From an uncultured Actinomycetota bacterium (GTDB lineage: Bacteria; Actinomycetota; Actinomycetes; Propionibacteriales; Propionibacteriaceae), in assembly GCA_963808905.1 (NCBI GenBank), contig CAWEHO010000003.1, positions 155,755 through 219,754 of the forward strand: DNA of 64,000 nucleotides, in the 5' to 3' direction. A program made the position numbers and the translations under genes. A model generated the notes under the pieces. The model had not been told where the DNA came from. It worked only from the letters and a program-made list of their open reading frames with translations, and searched no databases. Below, piece after piece: positions 41,327-51,920 of this stretch. Every line of letters begins with the position of its first letter. Positions within the stretch are counted from its first letter, which is position 1.

Positions 41327-42619
41327 ATGATGTCTTTGTCCGACCTCAGCCACGACGAGCTGGCAGGAATGCACGAGGAGCAATCCAGGGCGTACGAGGA
41401 GTTGCTGACCAAAGGCTTGAAGCTCGACCTGACCCGCGGCAAGCCGTCGCCGGCGCAGCTCGACCTCTCCAATGAGTTGCTCACGCTGCCGGGGGAGGGT
41501 AACTACACCGACGCCACAGGCACTGACTGTCGGAACTACGGCGGCACTCAAGGGCTGCCCGGGATCCGGACGATCTTTGCGCCGCTGCTCAATGTTCCGG
41601 TCAACCAACTCGTGGCGGGCGACAATTCCAGCCTGTCGATCATGCACGACGCGCTTGTGTACTCCCTGCTCCTAGGCACCGTGGACTCAGTTGAACCGTG
41701 GTCACGCAGCCCGATCAAGTTCCTCTGTCCCGTTCCTGGCTACGACCGGCACTTTGCGCTGTGTGAGCAGTACGGCATCGAGATGGTCTCGGTTCCGCTC
41801 AGCGAGGATGGGCCCGATCTCGACCGGGTCCGGCAACTGCTCGCCGAGGATCCATACATCAAGGGCATGTGGATCGTTCCGATGTACTCCAATCCGAACG
41901 GCGCGATCTACACCGAGGAGGTCACTCGGGCGCTGCTCGAGATGCCGGCGGCCGGCGATTTCCGCATGTTCTGGGACAACGCGTACGCGGTGCATCACCT
42001 GACCGATGTGGAGACTCCCGCGCTCGACGTGCTCACCATGGCAGCTGAGGCCGGGCATCCGAACCGGGTGTTCCTGTTCGCCTCGACGTCGAAGATCACC
42101 TTTGCTGGGGCCGGGGTCTCGTTCTTTGCGAGCTCACCGTCAAATGTGGACTGGTATCTGAAGAATCTGAGCAAGCGCAGCATCGGGCCCGACAAGATCA
42201 ACCATCTGCGGCACGCGCTGTACTTGGGGGGTGCCGATGGCGTGACCCAGCTGATGCGCAAGCACCGTGAGATCTTGGCGCCGAAGTTTGACCAGGTGAC
42301 TTCGATCCTCGGCAAGCGCCTGGGGGATTACCAAGGGGCGACCTGGACCGACCCCGACGGCGGATATTTCGTCAGTCTCGATGTCGCGGACGGCACGGCG
42401 ACTCGCGTGGTCGAGCTGGCAAAAGGCGCGGGCATCTCGATGACAGGAGCTGGCGCAGCTTTTCCGTATGGCCGGGACCCGCGCGACCGGAACATCAGGA
42501 TCGCGCCGAGCTTTCCCTCTCCGGACGAAGTCGCCGCGGCCATTGACGGCCTCGCCACCTGTGTCCTGCTCGCAGCCACCGAGAAGTTGCTCGGCGAATC
42601 GGACTCAGCTCAGCAGTAA
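41327..42619 (+). CDS. PLP-dependent aminotransferase class I/II (Rv3722c/AspB-like)
   Basis: LDLTRGKPS, RNYGG, PGYDRHF, YSNPNG, WDNAY, STSKITF (PLP Lys), RIAPS. Confidence 0.9.
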   Translation: MMSLSDLSHDELAGMHEEQSRAYEELLTKGLKLDLTRGKPSPAQLDLSNELLTLPGEGNYTDATGTDCRNYGGTQGLPGIRTIFAPLLNVPVNQLVAGDNSSLSIMHDALVYSLLLGTVDSVEPWSRSPIKFLCPVPGYDRHFALCEQYGIEMVSVPLSEDGPDLDRVRQLLAEDPYIKGMWIVPMYSNPNGAIYTEEVTRALLEMPAAGDFRMFWDNAYAVHHLTDVETPALDVLTMAAEAGHPNRVFLFASTSKITFAGAGVSFFASSPSNVDWYLKNLSKRSIGPDKINHLRHALYLGGADGVTQLMRKHREILAPKFDQVTSILGKRLGDYQGATWTDPDGGYFVSLDVADGTATRVVELAKGAGISMTGAGAAFPYGRDPRDRNIRIAPSFPSPDEVAAAIDGLATCVLLAATEKLLGESDSAQQ

Positions 42620-43231
42620 CCCCGCGGCCAGGCCCAGCATGATGAGCGCTGAGCAGACCGAGATCCCTAGTTGCCCGCGACGACTGCTCAGCACCCGGCC
42701 GAGCAGATGGCCGCTTCCGGTGAGCATTAGTTGCCAGGCAGCCGATGCCACAAAAGCGCCGACCGCGAACAGCACGACTGCAGGCCAGGCCGCGTTCCCC
42801 CCGGACTGGGAGCGACCGATCACGACCGCTGCAAAAGTGATCAACGTTGCTGGGTTCAGAGCCGTGAGCGCCACCAGGCTGAAGTAGGCGCGTGCCGGAC
42901 TCAGCATTCGGGGTCGTCCGACTCTGCCGGCGATGCTGCGATAACGACGAAGCGCAACCAGGAGCGTACGAACCGCGACCGCGGCGAGGACAACGGTCGC
43001 TACCCACTCCAGCCAGTCGGACGCCTCGTTCACGAGGGCCTGCAATCCGGCTCCGCCGACAGCGGCAACAACGGCGTAACCGCCATCCACCGAGGCGACG
43101 CCCAGCGCGGCAGCCGTGGCGACAGAAATGCGCTCCCGAGCGCCAAGGCCGACCAAATAACTTCCCACAGCTCCGACAGGCATAGCGACCGCTAAACCGG
43201 CCAGGATGCCCGACGCGAAGTCGCTGATCAT
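42605..43231 (-). CDS. LysE family exporter
   Basis: GLAVAMPVGAV, ALGVASVDGGY, LTALNPATLITF motifs. Confidence 0.85.
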   Translation of the reverse strand: MISDFASGILAGLAVAMPVGAVGSYLVGLGARERISVATAAALGVASVDGGYAVVAAVGGAGLQALVNEASDWLEWVATVVLAAVAVRTLLVALRRYRSIAGRVGRPRMLSPARAYFSLVALTALNPATLITFAAVVIGRSQSGGNAAWPAVVLFAVGAFVASAAWQLMLTGSGHLLGRVLSSRRGQLGISVCSALIMLGLAAGLLLS

Positions 43232-43727
43232 GATCTTCGAGTACGCACCAGACCGCAGTCCGCACCAGCTTGCTGGCGCGGCATATCTCGGCGAGCCAGC
43301 GGATACGGATAGGCGACGGTGATCATGACCTGCACCCTGGCACCGGAACCCTTCGGAGACAACCGATTTTGAGAGCGCGCTCCAGCGAAAGGGCCCAGCG
43401 TGCCCAGTGCGGCGAGGCGATGGCCGGGCAGACCGACCGCACAACAGCACAAGATCCCCCAGCAGCGCAAGGTCTCAACAGCAGAGGCGGGTCCCACAGC
43501 AAGCGGGCGTTGTGGGGTGGCTTGGCCTCACTGGAAGATGGAGCCGTTCCGCATCGTTGGTGAACGTATCCGCGCGAGCAGAGAGGCCTCCGGTACCTCA
43601 TCCCAGCCCGTTCGACTCTCGTCGTAATCGTCAGTAGACTCTGTGGTTTGGTGGCTCGTCACCCTTGTTTTGGTGCGCCCACGTAACGGTGGGCCGGCGC
43701 ACAAAGCATGCGGTGAAGAGGTGCCGA

Positions 43728-43800
43728 AGGGCAATAGCTCAACTGGCAGAGCATCGGTCTCCAAAACCGAAGGTTGGGGGTTCAAGTCCCTCTTGCCCTG
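43728..43800 (+). tRNA. tRNA-Trp(CCA)
   Basis: Acceptor AGGGCAA/TTGCCCT, anticodon arm TCGGT-CTCCAAA-ACCGA, GGTTCAAGTCC; canonical position before secE. Confidence 0.96.
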
Positions 43801-43842
43801 CAGGGTGGAGGCGAAACAGATCGCGGCAGGGAAGGTCGTAGC

Positions 43843-44351
43843 GTGGCAGACAAGGAAGAGGTGGAGTCGACCGCCGAGGCGGGCTCTTCCGAGTTGTCCG
43901 GCCCTAGCCAGACCAGCGCAGACCTGAAGACCTCACCGACAGGGACCAACGGCACTGAGGCGGCCACGGACGAGGTAACAGAGAAACAACAATGGACGAG
44001 GCAACCACGGACGAGGCGAACCCAGACACCCCATCGGGAAAGGTGCTCGAACCGGCAAGCGTCGCGGCTGCGACCGACGGCGCCAGTGCGAAGACCGCGA
44101 CCCGCCGTGCCGCACGAGCGCCCAAAGGTGCACCGACGAAAAAGCGCGACCAGCGGGTCAAGCCGGAACGTACGACGCCGGTGAAGTTCGTTCGGCAATC
44201 GATCGCCGAACTTCGCAAGGTCGTCTACCCGACTGGCCAGCAGCTGATCAACTACTTCGTCGTGGTGCTGGTCTTTGTACTGTTTGTGATCGCCTACGTA
44301 AGCCTGCTCGACCTCGGCCTCGGTTGGGCAATCTTCAAGATCTTTAGCTGA
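43843..44351 (+). CDS. secE: Preprotein translocase subunit SecE with long N-terminal extension (apparent frameshift at ~43985)
   Basis: GGAAGG RBS, GTG 43843; C-terminal [17 protein letters not shown] and one TM helix; TGATG overlap with nusG. Confidence 0.88.
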
Positions 44352-45250
44352 TGACCAACGAACCACGCAACGGAGATATTGACGTGCCCGACGAACCGCA
44401 GCAGGATGCAGAGGCGCTGGAAACTCTCGCATCTTCGTCATCCGCCGAGACACCGGAGGACGACTTCGATATCGACTTGGGCAGTTACCCAGCGAGCCGG
44501 GAGGACGAGGTCGATATCAACCTCGACTTCGGCGGGGCCCCTGCCGAGCGTCCTCAGGACGACTTCGGGATCGATTTCGGCCTCGCAGAGACAGCGGAGG
44601 AGCCGGAGGCGGCCGAGGCTGAGCCTGAGGAGGAGACCGAAGCGGGTCACGACGCGCTCGAGGCGTTCCGTTCGGATCTGAGGTCCAAGCCAGGGGATTG
44701 GTACGTCGTACACACCTACTCCGGCATGGAGAACCGGGTACTGCAGAACCTGGAGAACCGAGTGTCCTCTCTCAACATGGAGGACTACATCTACGAGATC
44801 ATCGTGCCGACCGAAGAAGTCACCGAGATCCGCAACGGCCAGCGCAAGCAGGTGAGGCGTACGGTGCTCCCAGGCTACGTGCTGGTGCGTATGGATCTCA
44901 CTGACGAGTCCTGGTCGACAGTGCGTCATACCCCCTCGGTCACCGGTTTCGTCGGCCATTCCAACTCTCCGGTGGCGCTCAGCCTTGACGAGGTGGAGAA
45001 GATGTTGGCGCCTGCTGTCGTTGCTGCGGCGACGGCGTCCAGCGAAGGCCCCACCCGTCGTAAGAAGAAGGTCGAGGTCGCCGACTTCGTTGTCGGGGAC
45101 TCGGTCATGGTGGTCGACGGACCGTTCGCGGGGGTTCACGCAACCATTACTGAGATCAACGTGAACAATCAGCGTCTCAAGGCCCTTGTGGAGATCCTGG
45201 GCCGGGAGACTCCAGTCGATCTGACCTTCCCACAGATTCAGAAAGTCTGA
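44351..45250 (+). CDS. nusG: Transcription termination/antitermination factor NusG with acidic N-terminal extension
   Basis: [35 protein letters not shown] domain [14 protein letters not shown]. Confidence 0.96.
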   Translation: MTNEPRNGDIDVPDEPQQDAEALETLASSSSAETPEDDFDIDLGSYPASREDEVDINLDFGGAPAERPQDDFGIDFGLAETAEEPEAAEAEPEEETEAGHDALEAFRSDLRSKPGDWYVVHTYSGMENRVLQNLENRVSSLNMEDYIYEIIVPTEEVTEIRNGQRKQVRRTVLPGYVLVRMDLTDESWSTVRHTPSVTGFVGHSNSPVALSLDEVEKMLAPAVVAAATASSEGPTRRKKKVEVADFVVGDSVMVVDGPFAGVHATITEINVNNQRLKALVEILGRETPVDLTFPQIQKV

Positions 45251-45303
45251 GCGTCACGGCAGTTCGTTTTCCACCGCGGTCGCATTGACCGCCACACGAC
45301 CAC

Positions 45304-45339
45304 GACAAGGATCAAGAAAGAGACAAGGATCAAGAAAGA
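45304..45339 (+). repeat. 18-bp perfect tandem duplication in the rplK leader
   Basis: GACAAGGATCAAGAAAGA x2, ending 3 nt before the ATG. Confidence 0.95.
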
Positions 45340-45342
45340 GAA

Positions 45343-45777
45343 ATGCCTCCCAAGAGAAGGAAAGTCGCCGCGCTTGTCAAGATCGCGTTGAATGCCGGCG
45401 CCGCGACGCCAGCGCCCCCCGTCGGTACCGCCCTTGGTCCCCATGGCGTCAACATCATGGAGTTCTGCAAGGCGTACAACGCAGCAACCGAGGCGATGCG
45501 CGGCACGATCATTCCGGTCGAGATCACCATCTACGAAGATCGCACCTTCACCTTTATCACCAAGACGCCGCCAGCCGCCGAGCTGATCAAGAAAGCAGCC
45601 GGAGTGCAGAAAGGGTCTGGCGTGCCGCATCGGGAAAAGGTGGGGAAGATCAGCCGAGATCAGGTGCGTGACATCGCCACCACCAAGTTGCCCGACCTCA
45701 ACGCCAATGATCTTGATGCCGCAATGAAGATCGTCGAAGGTACCGCTCGCAGCATGGGGGTAACCGTCGCCGACTGA
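45343..45777 (+). CDS. rplK: 50S ribosomal protein L11
   Basis: [38 protein letters not shown]. Confidence 0.98.
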   Translation: MPPKRRKVAALVKIALNAGAATPAPPVGTALGPHGVNIMEFCKAYNAATEAMRGTIIPVEITIYEDRTFTFITKTPPAAELIKKAAGVQKGSGVPHREKVGKISRDQVRDIATTKLPDLNANDLDAAMKIVEGTARSMGVTVAD

Positions 45778-45806
45778 CAGCTTGACAACTCGGCTGAAAG
45801 AGATCC

Positions 45807-45834
45807 GTGGAGGAGCCGGCGCGGCTCGTACCAC
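45807..45834 (+). promoter_or_regulatory. Putative L1-binding autoregulatory hairpin between rplK and rplA
   Basis: GTGG/CCAC outer stem and AGCCG/CGGCT inner stem with a purine-rich internal loop, at the position typical for actinobacteria. Confidence 0.5.
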
Positions 45835-45887
45835 AACTGGCCACCAAGATTTCGGACACAGATTTTGGACACAGAAAGAGACCAGAC

Positions 45888-46589
45888 ATGAAGCGCAGCA
45901 AGTCTTATCGCGGGGTCGCGGCGGAGGTCGACCCGGGAAAGCTGTACACACCGACCGAGGCCATGGACTTCGCGAAGGCCAACACCAAGGCCAAGTTCGA
46001 CGAGACGGTGGACGTCGCCGTACGACTCGGAGTCGATCCGCGCAAGGCGGACCAGATGGTGCGGGGGACCGTCAATCTGCCCAATGGCACTGGCAAGACG
46101 GCGAAGGTGCTCGTCTTCGCCACCGGTGACAAGGCAGAGGCTGCCATCGCCGCCGGCGCCGACGAAGTGGGGTCCGACGAACTGATCGACAAAATCTCCA
46201 AGGGCTACCTGGACTTCGATGCAGTCGTCGCAACGCCGGACATGATGGGCAAGGTTGGTCGCCTCGGCCGTATCCTCGGACCTCGCGGCCTGATGCCGAA
46301 TCCGAAGACTGGAACGGTCACTGTCGACGTGGCGAAGGCCGTAACCGACATCAAAGGCGGGAAGATCGAGTTCCGGGTCGACCGGCACGCCAACCTGCAC
46401 TTCATCATCGGCAAGGCGTCCTTCAGCCCCAAGCAACTGTCACAGAACTACTTTGCGGCGCTGGATGAGATCGTTCGGCTGAAGCCGAGCGCTGCCAAGG
46501 GTCGCTATCTCCGCAAGATCACTCTGTCGACCACTATGGGCCCGGGAATCCCCATCGATACCAACAAGACGCGTCCGGACTGGGAATAG
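45888..46589 (+). CDS. rplA: 50S ribosomal protein L1
   Basis: [44 protein letters not shown]. Confidence 0.98.
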   Translation: MKRSKSYRGVAAEVDPGKLYTPTEAMDFAKANTKAKFDETVDVAVRLGVDPRKADQMVRGTVNLPNGTGKTAKVLVFATGDKAEAAIAAGADEVGSDELIDKISKGYLDFDAVVATPDMMGKVGRLGRILGPRGLMPNPKTGTVTVDVAKAVTDIKGGKIEFRVDRHANLHFIIGKASFSPKQLSQNYFAALDEIVRLKPSAAKGRYLRKITLSTTMGPGIPIDTNKTRPDWE

Positions 46590-46666
46590 CCTCCGACCTA
46601 ACCCAAGCTCGCAGCGGCGAGCTCCTTGATCGAGGACCGCATCTGGCCGGGTCGGAGGTTGTTCGC

Positions 46667-47479
46667 ATGCTGGTGCTGAGCTGGTTGGGAGCGATCGTTG
46701 CCTGCTTGGGGTACGGGGTCGCCTCCGTTCTTCAGTCGGTTGCCGCCAAGCGCGCTGCGGAGGTGGTTGGGCTCACTGGACTGGCCCTGATCATCAAGCA
46801 GGGGCCATATCTGCTGGGTCTGGTCGCGGACGGCCTCGGTTTCGCTGGCAATGTGCTGGCTCTGCAGCGACTTCCGTTGTTCCTGGTTCAGTCGGTCGTC
46901 GCAGGCAGCGTTGGAGTCACCGCCGTCATTGCCAGCGTGCGCGGCGCACACCTGTCGTGGAAGGACTGGACCTCACTTGCTGTGCTCGGTACTGGCTTGA
47001 TCTTCCTCAGCCTCACCGCTGTCCCCACCGCGGCCGCGCGGATTTCGTTGATCGATGAACGGGTCATTCTGCTGCTGGCAATCGTGCCGGTGATCATCGG
47101 ACTCATCGGCTTCAGGATGAAGGGTCGCGCTTCCACCATTGTCCTGTCCTGCGCCGCTGGCCTCGGGTTCACGGGTGTGGCTGTGGCTGCCCGCGGCATC
47201 GGCGCCGCCGACATTGCTTGGCCTTTGCTGCTCAATCCATTGATCTGGGCCATCATCGTGCACGGTGCCGTCGGCATGAGCTTCTTCACCATCGCGCTGC
47301 AGCGAGATGCCGTCACGGTCGTCACGGCAATCACATTGGTGTTCGAGGTCCTCGTGCCGTCCTTGATCGGCATAGGGCTGTTCGGCGATGCCATCGAACC
47401 TGGGCGCATGCCCCTTGCCGTAGCAGGGTTCGTCCTTGCTATTGGCGGAGCGGTGTCCCTCAGCCGCTTCGCGGAGTGA
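46667..47479 (+). CDS. Integral membrane protein (DMT/EamA-like)
   Basis: About 9 hydrophobic helices; ALQRLPLFLVQ motif. Confidence 0.65.
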   Translation: MLVLSWLGAIVACLGYGVASVLQSVAAKRAAEVVGLTGLALIIKQGPYLLGLVADGLGFAGNVLALQRLPLFLVQSVVAGSVGVTAVIASVRGAHLSWKDWTSLAVLGTGLIFLSLTAVPTAAARISLIDERVILLLAIVPVIIGLIGFRMKGRASTIVLSCAAGLGFTGVAVAARGIGAADIAWPLLLNPLIWAIIVHGAVGMSFFTIALQRDAVTVVTAITLVFEVLVPSLIGIGLFGDAIEPGRMPLAVAGFVLAIGGAVSLSRFAE

Positions 47480-47489
47480 GTTGGGGCAG

Positions 47490-47972
47490 TCAGGCAGAGG
47501 CGCCGACTTCCACGAGCGCGTCGCCACTGAGTCGATAGACAGTCCATTCGTCCATGGCGACCGCTCCAAGTCCGCGGTAGAAGTCGATCGCCGGCTGGTT
47601 CCAGTCGAGAACAGCCCACTCCAGCCGTGCATACCCCCGCTCGACCGCAACCTCAGCGAGCGATATCAGCAAGGCTTTGCCCAGACCCGAGCCGCGGTAT
47701 TCAGGCATGACGTAGAGATCCTCGAGATAGAGCCCGTGGACTCCTTCCCAGGTTGAAAAGTTCCGGAAGTAGAGGGCGAAGCCGACCACCCGCTCGTCAC
47801 TCTCCGCTACGAGTGCGTACGCCGCTGGCTGCGGTCCGAACAACGCGACCCGAAGCTGCTCGATCGTGGTCTTCACCTCGTGGGCAGCCCGTTCGTAGGT
47901 CGCTAGGTCAACGATCAGCTGAAGGATTCGCTCGAGGTCAGATTCCCGCGCCTCGCGTACGCCGGGATGCAT
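47490..47972 (-). CDS. GNAT family N-acetyltransferase
   Basis: LATYER, FSTWEG..GLYLEDLYV.PEYRGSGLGK, WAVLDWN..AIDFY. Confidence 0.92.
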   Translation of the reverse strand: MHPGVREARESDLERILQLIVDLATYERAAHEVKTTIEQLRVALFGPQPAAYALVAESDERVVGFALYFRNFSTWEGVHGLYLEDLYVMPEYRGSGLGKALLISLAEVAVERGYARLEWAVLDWNQPAIDFYRGLGAVAMDEWTVYRLSGDALVEVGASA

Positions 47973-48111
47973 CGACCCATCCTCACAGCAAGTGGCCGCA
48001 AACGACACGGAGCTGACGGGATTCCCTGTCGCCTGCGACCACTTTGCGGTCCCCTGTGCGTGGTCTTGAAGCTGCTCGCACAATGCCGATGCTCGCGCAG
48101 CTTGGTGGGGT

Positions 48112-49063
48112 TCAGCCAGGCCGGCGTGCGCCCATGTACGGCATGTACTTCATCTTGATGTAGGTCACCTTCTTGCCCGGATGCGGTGCATGGATGACCT
48201 TGCCGTGGCCGGCGTAGAGCGCCACATGCCTGATGCCTGGGTAGAAGAAGACCAGATCACCGTTCCTCAGCTGGGACTTGGAGATCTTTTTGCCAATGCG
48301 GTACTGCTTCCCGGCCGAATGCGGCAACTTGATCCCCGCCGCCTTCCAGGCCTTCATGGTCAAGCCAGAGCAGTCCCAGCCGTTCGGTCCGGTGCCCCCA
48401 TACACGTAGCGATCGCCGAGTTGTTTTTTGGCGAAGGCGAGTGCCTTCTCACCCTTGGTTCCCGTCTTCGGTGCTTGGGAGACCGGCTTAGGGCTCGGCT
48501 TCTTGGCAACGACCGTCGTGGCGGTGATTTTTCCGGCCTGCAGTGACTTCCAGAAGTCGGCATTGACCTGCCCGGTTTGCTTGAGGTGGCGCGACTTCTG
48601 GGCCGTCTTGATCACGGCAACGGTGCTAGCGCTGTACTTGCCTGTCGTGGGGATCTTGGCGAACCCCGCCGACCGCAGCGCCAGCTGCAGCCGAACGACA
48701 TTCTTGCCCTCGTCACCAACCTCGAGGTGGGGTGTCGTGCCCCGCGAGAGCAATGCGCTCCAGGCGCGACGTCCGCCCACGAGAATCGGCTGGAGACCTA
48801 TGGATTTGCGGAACTTGGCCAATTCCTTAGCGTCGGCGGCAGAGAAATGACCGTTGACGGTGGTCGCGAAGCCAGCATTTGTGAAGCAGGCACTCCATCG
48901 CCTTTGCCTGGGCTCCAGAGGAGCCCTCCCTGATCGGGTTGTACGTGTTGAAGGTGACGTCACACCTTGTCGCAGCTTCCGCCGGGACCGTGCCCACCGT
49001 GGCAGTGGCAGCCAATGCGAGTCCGGTAGCCAGGGATGCTGCGGCCTTAAGAATCCTCCCCAT
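48112..49063 (-). CDS. Secreted NlpC/P60 peptidase with peptidoglycan-binding domains (apparent +1 frameshift at ~48879)
   Basis: Signal peptide MGRILKAAASLATGLAL...AEA, two PG-binding-like repeats, YVYGGTGPNGWDCSGL, DLVFF, HVALY. Removing one A in AAA joins the frames. Confidence 0.88.
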
Positions 49064-49311
49064 GTGGTGGATCTCCCCCGAGTAAGACAACACCGGCCCC
49101 GGTACTTGGACCGCCCTCTGACGAGCCGTGGATCGACGGTCGTGTCGAAACGGCCAGCCTGGCCACGTTATCAAATCGAGACATTTATCACTACGGGCGA
49201 CGGAAATTATTTCGATTAGGTCACGGTACGGATGCAGCACATCTGCTTCGAGGAGCGGAATCCGCGCGATTTTGCTGGCGGTTTGCGCGGTCGGTACAGT
49301 GGGTGGCTGCC

Positions 49312-49455
49312 GAAGACCGCTGGTTGGTCGAGCCCAGCTCGACCCGAAGTGTCCGTACGAGAGCACGGGCGGCCCGCGTAGGTGAGTCAAGAGTGTTGAG
49401 GGAGACAGCTGGTTTCCCAATTGCCCTTTGCCGCCTGCGCAAAGGGCTTCCTCAT
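49312..49455 (+). promoter_or_regulatory. Putative ribosomal protein L10 leader
   Basis: GAAGACCGCTGGT...CCCGCGTAGGTG...CCCTTTGCCGCCTGCGCAAAGGG resembles actinobacterial rplJ leaders and lies upstream of rplJ. Confidence 0.55.
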
Positions 49456-49461
49456 CTCTAC

Positions 49462-49508
49462 GGCCCCTTCTCAAACGGCCCCTTCTCAAACCGGGCCCCT
49501 TCTCAAAC
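49462..49508 (+). repeat. 15-bp repeat x3 in the rplJ leader
   Basis: GGCCCCTTCTCAAAC at 49462, 49477 and 49494. Confidence 0.95.
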
Positions 49509-49569
49509 CGGGAGAGCCAGCCCTTCGGGAACGCTTCGGACGAAGCGTGTGACGAAGTGGAGGTAACAC

Positions 49570-50358
49570 ATGGCGAGGTCGGACAAGGTAGCGGCCGTCG
49601 CTGAGCTGGCCAACAGATTCTCCAGCTCGGCCGGCGTCGTGTTGACCGAGTATCGCGGACTCTCGGTGAAGGCACTCAAGGATCTGCGCCGCTCTCTCGG
49701 ACATGACGCCAGCTACGCGGTCTCGAAGAACACGCTGACGACAATCGCTGCCCGTGAGGCCGGCGTCGACGGGATCGAACAGCATCTCGTCGGGCCGACG
49801 GCGATTGCCTTCATCGATGGCGATCCCGTCGTTGTGGCCAAAGGTCTGCGCGATTTCGCGCGGACAAATCCGCAACTCGTGATCAAGGGCGGGGTGCTGG
49901 ACGGCAAGTTCATGACCCCCGATGAAGTCAGAAAACTGGCGGATCTCGAGTCGCGCGAGGTTCTGCTCGCCAAGGTCGCTGGCGCCATGCAAGGCGTCCT
50001 TCAGCAGGCCATCTCGCTGGTATCCGCACCGCTCTCCCAGGCTGCTCGGCTGTTTGCCGCCCTGGAAAAGGCGGCTGCCGAGAATCCGTCGCTCCTCGCC
50101 AGCGGGCCAGAGACGACCTCGGAGCCGACCGATGAGGAACTCGCCCCCGAAGCCACTGGCGAGCCGACGAACGAGGGGCTCGCGGCCGAAGCGGCCCCTG
50201 GGCCAACGAATGAAGAACCCGGCGTCGAGACGATCTCGGAGCCGACCAACGAAGAACTCGCCGCTGAAGCGGCGCCATCTGCAGCGTCAGCTGCACCTGA
50301 AGCGGGCACCACGCCCGCGGCAGAACCACTGGCAGCACCCGCTGCGGACGACAACTAG
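49570..50358 (+). CDS. rplJ: 50S ribosomal protein L10 with repeat-containing acidic C-terminal extension
   Basis: GGAGG RBS; [33 protein letters not shown]; extra ~85 aa tail. Confidence 0.96.
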   Translation: MARSDKVAAVAELANRFSSSAGVVLTEYRGLSVKALKDLRRSLGHDASYAVSKNTLTTIAAREAGVDGIEQHLVGPTAIAFIDGDPVVVAKGLRDFARTNPQLVIKGGVLDGKFMTPDEVRKLADLESREVLLAKVAGAMQGVLQQAISLVSAPLSQAARLFAALEKAAAENPSLLASGPETTSEPTDEELAPEATGEPTNEGLAAEAAPGPTNEEPGVETISEPTNEELAAEAAPSAASAAPEAGTTPAAEPLAAPAADDN

Positions 50359-50372
50359 GAAGGACGCCCATT

Positions 50373-50768
50373 ATGGCGAAGCTCAGCACTGCAGAGCTCC
50401 TTGACGCTTTCAAGGAGCTGACCTTGATCGAGCTCAGTGAGTTCGTCAAGGAATTCGAGACCACTTTCGGCGTGACCGCGGCCGCTCCGGTTGCTGCTGC
50501 AGCCGCTGCGCCGGCCGCCGGGGGCGGCGAAGCCGGTCCGGTCGAGGAAGAGGCCAGCGACGAGGTCGATGTCATCCTCGAGGCAGCCGGCGACAAGAAG
50601 ATCCAGGTGATCAAGGAGGTGCGTTCGCTCACCAGTCTTGGCCTGAAGGAGGCCAAGGATCTGGTCGAGGCTGCTCCGAAGGCCGTTCTGGAGAAGGTCA
50701 ACAAGGAAGCCGCGGACAAGGCGCGCGAGGCCCTCGAGGCCGCGGGCGCGACCGTCTCGTACAAGTAG
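50373..50768 (+). CDS. rplL: 50S ribosomal protein L7/L12
   Basis: [36 protein letters not shown]. Confidence 0.98.
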   Translation: MAKLSTAELLDAFKELTLIELSEFVKEFETTFGVTAAAPVAAAAAAPAAGGGEAGPVEEEASDEVDVILEAAGDKKIQVIKEVRSLTSLGLKEAKDLVEAAPKAVLEKVNKEAADKAREALEAAGATVSYK

Positions 50769-50798
50769 AAGTAGAAGTGGGGTCGCAGAGACCGTAGC

Positions 50799-50840
50799 GT
50801 GTGTGTCCTTTCTCCCGATGTCGGGAGAAAGGACGCACAC
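50799..50840. terminator. Long hairpin between convergent rplL and SDR genes
   Basis: GTGTGTCCTTTCTCCCG-ATGT-CGGGAGAAAGGACGCAC (one G-T pair). Confidence 0.75.
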
Positions 50841-50886
50841 GAGAATCCCGCGACAGAAGCCCCGTCCGGCCGGTAGGGCCTCGCCA

Positions 50887-51783
50887 TCAGCGCACAGGGG
50901 CGAAGGGGAACTTGACTCCCGTCAGCTCTTCAGACAATGTCCATAGCCGCTTAGCCATCTCGACATCGGAGGCAGCGGCGGTGCGGCCGACCAGTGTGGG
51001 ATAGCCACGATGCTCGCCGAACCCATCGGGCCCGACGTAGCTTGCCCCAGGCAGATCCTGGCTGGCTGCGAACAATGTCGGCCGCGCTCCGGCTTCGTCT
51101 GTCTGGGCGAACAGCCGGTTTGCAATGGCCATCACACGATCCTCTAGCCCTCTCTCGGTGCGGAATTGAAGATTGGTGGCTGCATAGCCCGGATGCGCCG
51201 CCACGGTACGGATCGGCGAGTCGGCAGCGGTCAGCCTCCGCTGTAGCTCCAACGTGAACAGTAAGTTCGCCAGTTTCGACTGTTGGTAAGCCGCCCAGCG
51301 CTGATAGCTCCGACGTTGCCAATTGAGGTCGTCCAAGGAGATCGAGCCACCGCGGTGGGCGCCTGAGGCGACGGTCACGACTCGATCCGTCACGCGCGGA
51401 AGGAGCAGATTGGTCAGGGCGAAGTGGCCGAGGTGGTTGGTCCCGATCTGCAGCTCGAATCCGTCAGCAGTACGCCTCTCGGGCGTTCTCATGACACCGG
51501 CGTTGTTGATCAATACGTCAACCCCGCCCTGCCATGAGTCCGCGAAGGCGTGGATCGATGCGAGGTCGGCAAGATCAAGACGGCGAACCTCACAATCGCC
51601 GGAAATGGACCGGGCAGCGGCCTCGCCCCGGTCCGCGTCGCGTACGGCGAGTACGACATGGGCACCTGCTTCGGCAAGCGCGCGCGTCGTGGGGAGTCCG
51701 ATGCCGCTGTTGGCGCCGGTGATGACGACGATCCGTCCGTGCTGTGATGGCAGGTCCGCTGCGGTCCACCGGTGTGTGGTCAT
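50887..51783 (-). CDS. Short-chain dehydrogenase/reductase (oxidoreductase)
   Basis: ITGANSGIG, LINNAG, TNHLGHF, YQQSK, AHPGY motifs. Confidence 0.92.
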   Translation of the reverse strand: MTTHRWTAADLPSQHGRIVVITGANSGIGLPTTRALAEAGAHVVLAVRDADRGEAAARSISGDCEVRRLDLADLASIHAFADSWQGGVDVLINNAGVMRTPERRTADGFELQIGTNHLGHFALTNLLLPRVTDRVVTVASGAHRGGSISLDDLNWQRRSYQRWAAYQQSKLANLLFTLELQRRLTAADSPIRTVAAHPGYAATNLQFRTERGLEDRVMAIANRLFAQTDEAGARPTLFAASQDLPGASYVGPDGFGEHRGYPTLVGRTAAASDVEMAKRLWTLSEELTGVKFPFAPVR

Positions 51784-51920
51784 GATCTTGGACTCTAGAC
51801 GCTGAACAGCGAGGTTGTCATGATCACATGCCAGAGATTGGTCGCGGACGACATGAAATCGGGTGGGATTCATGTCGCCCGCGACCCTTCTCGGGGGAGG
51901 AGCGATGCAAGTCCCAGTAG

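Noticed and set aside
43240-43720. Small gene between the LysE gene and tRNA-Trp
   Set aside because: Several short overlapping ORFs on both strands, none with a motif or convincing RBS.
49064-49300. c-di-AMP (ydaO) riboswitch upstream of the NlpC/P60 gene
   Set aside because: Expected by context, but I could not find the conserved ydaO motifs on the minus strand.
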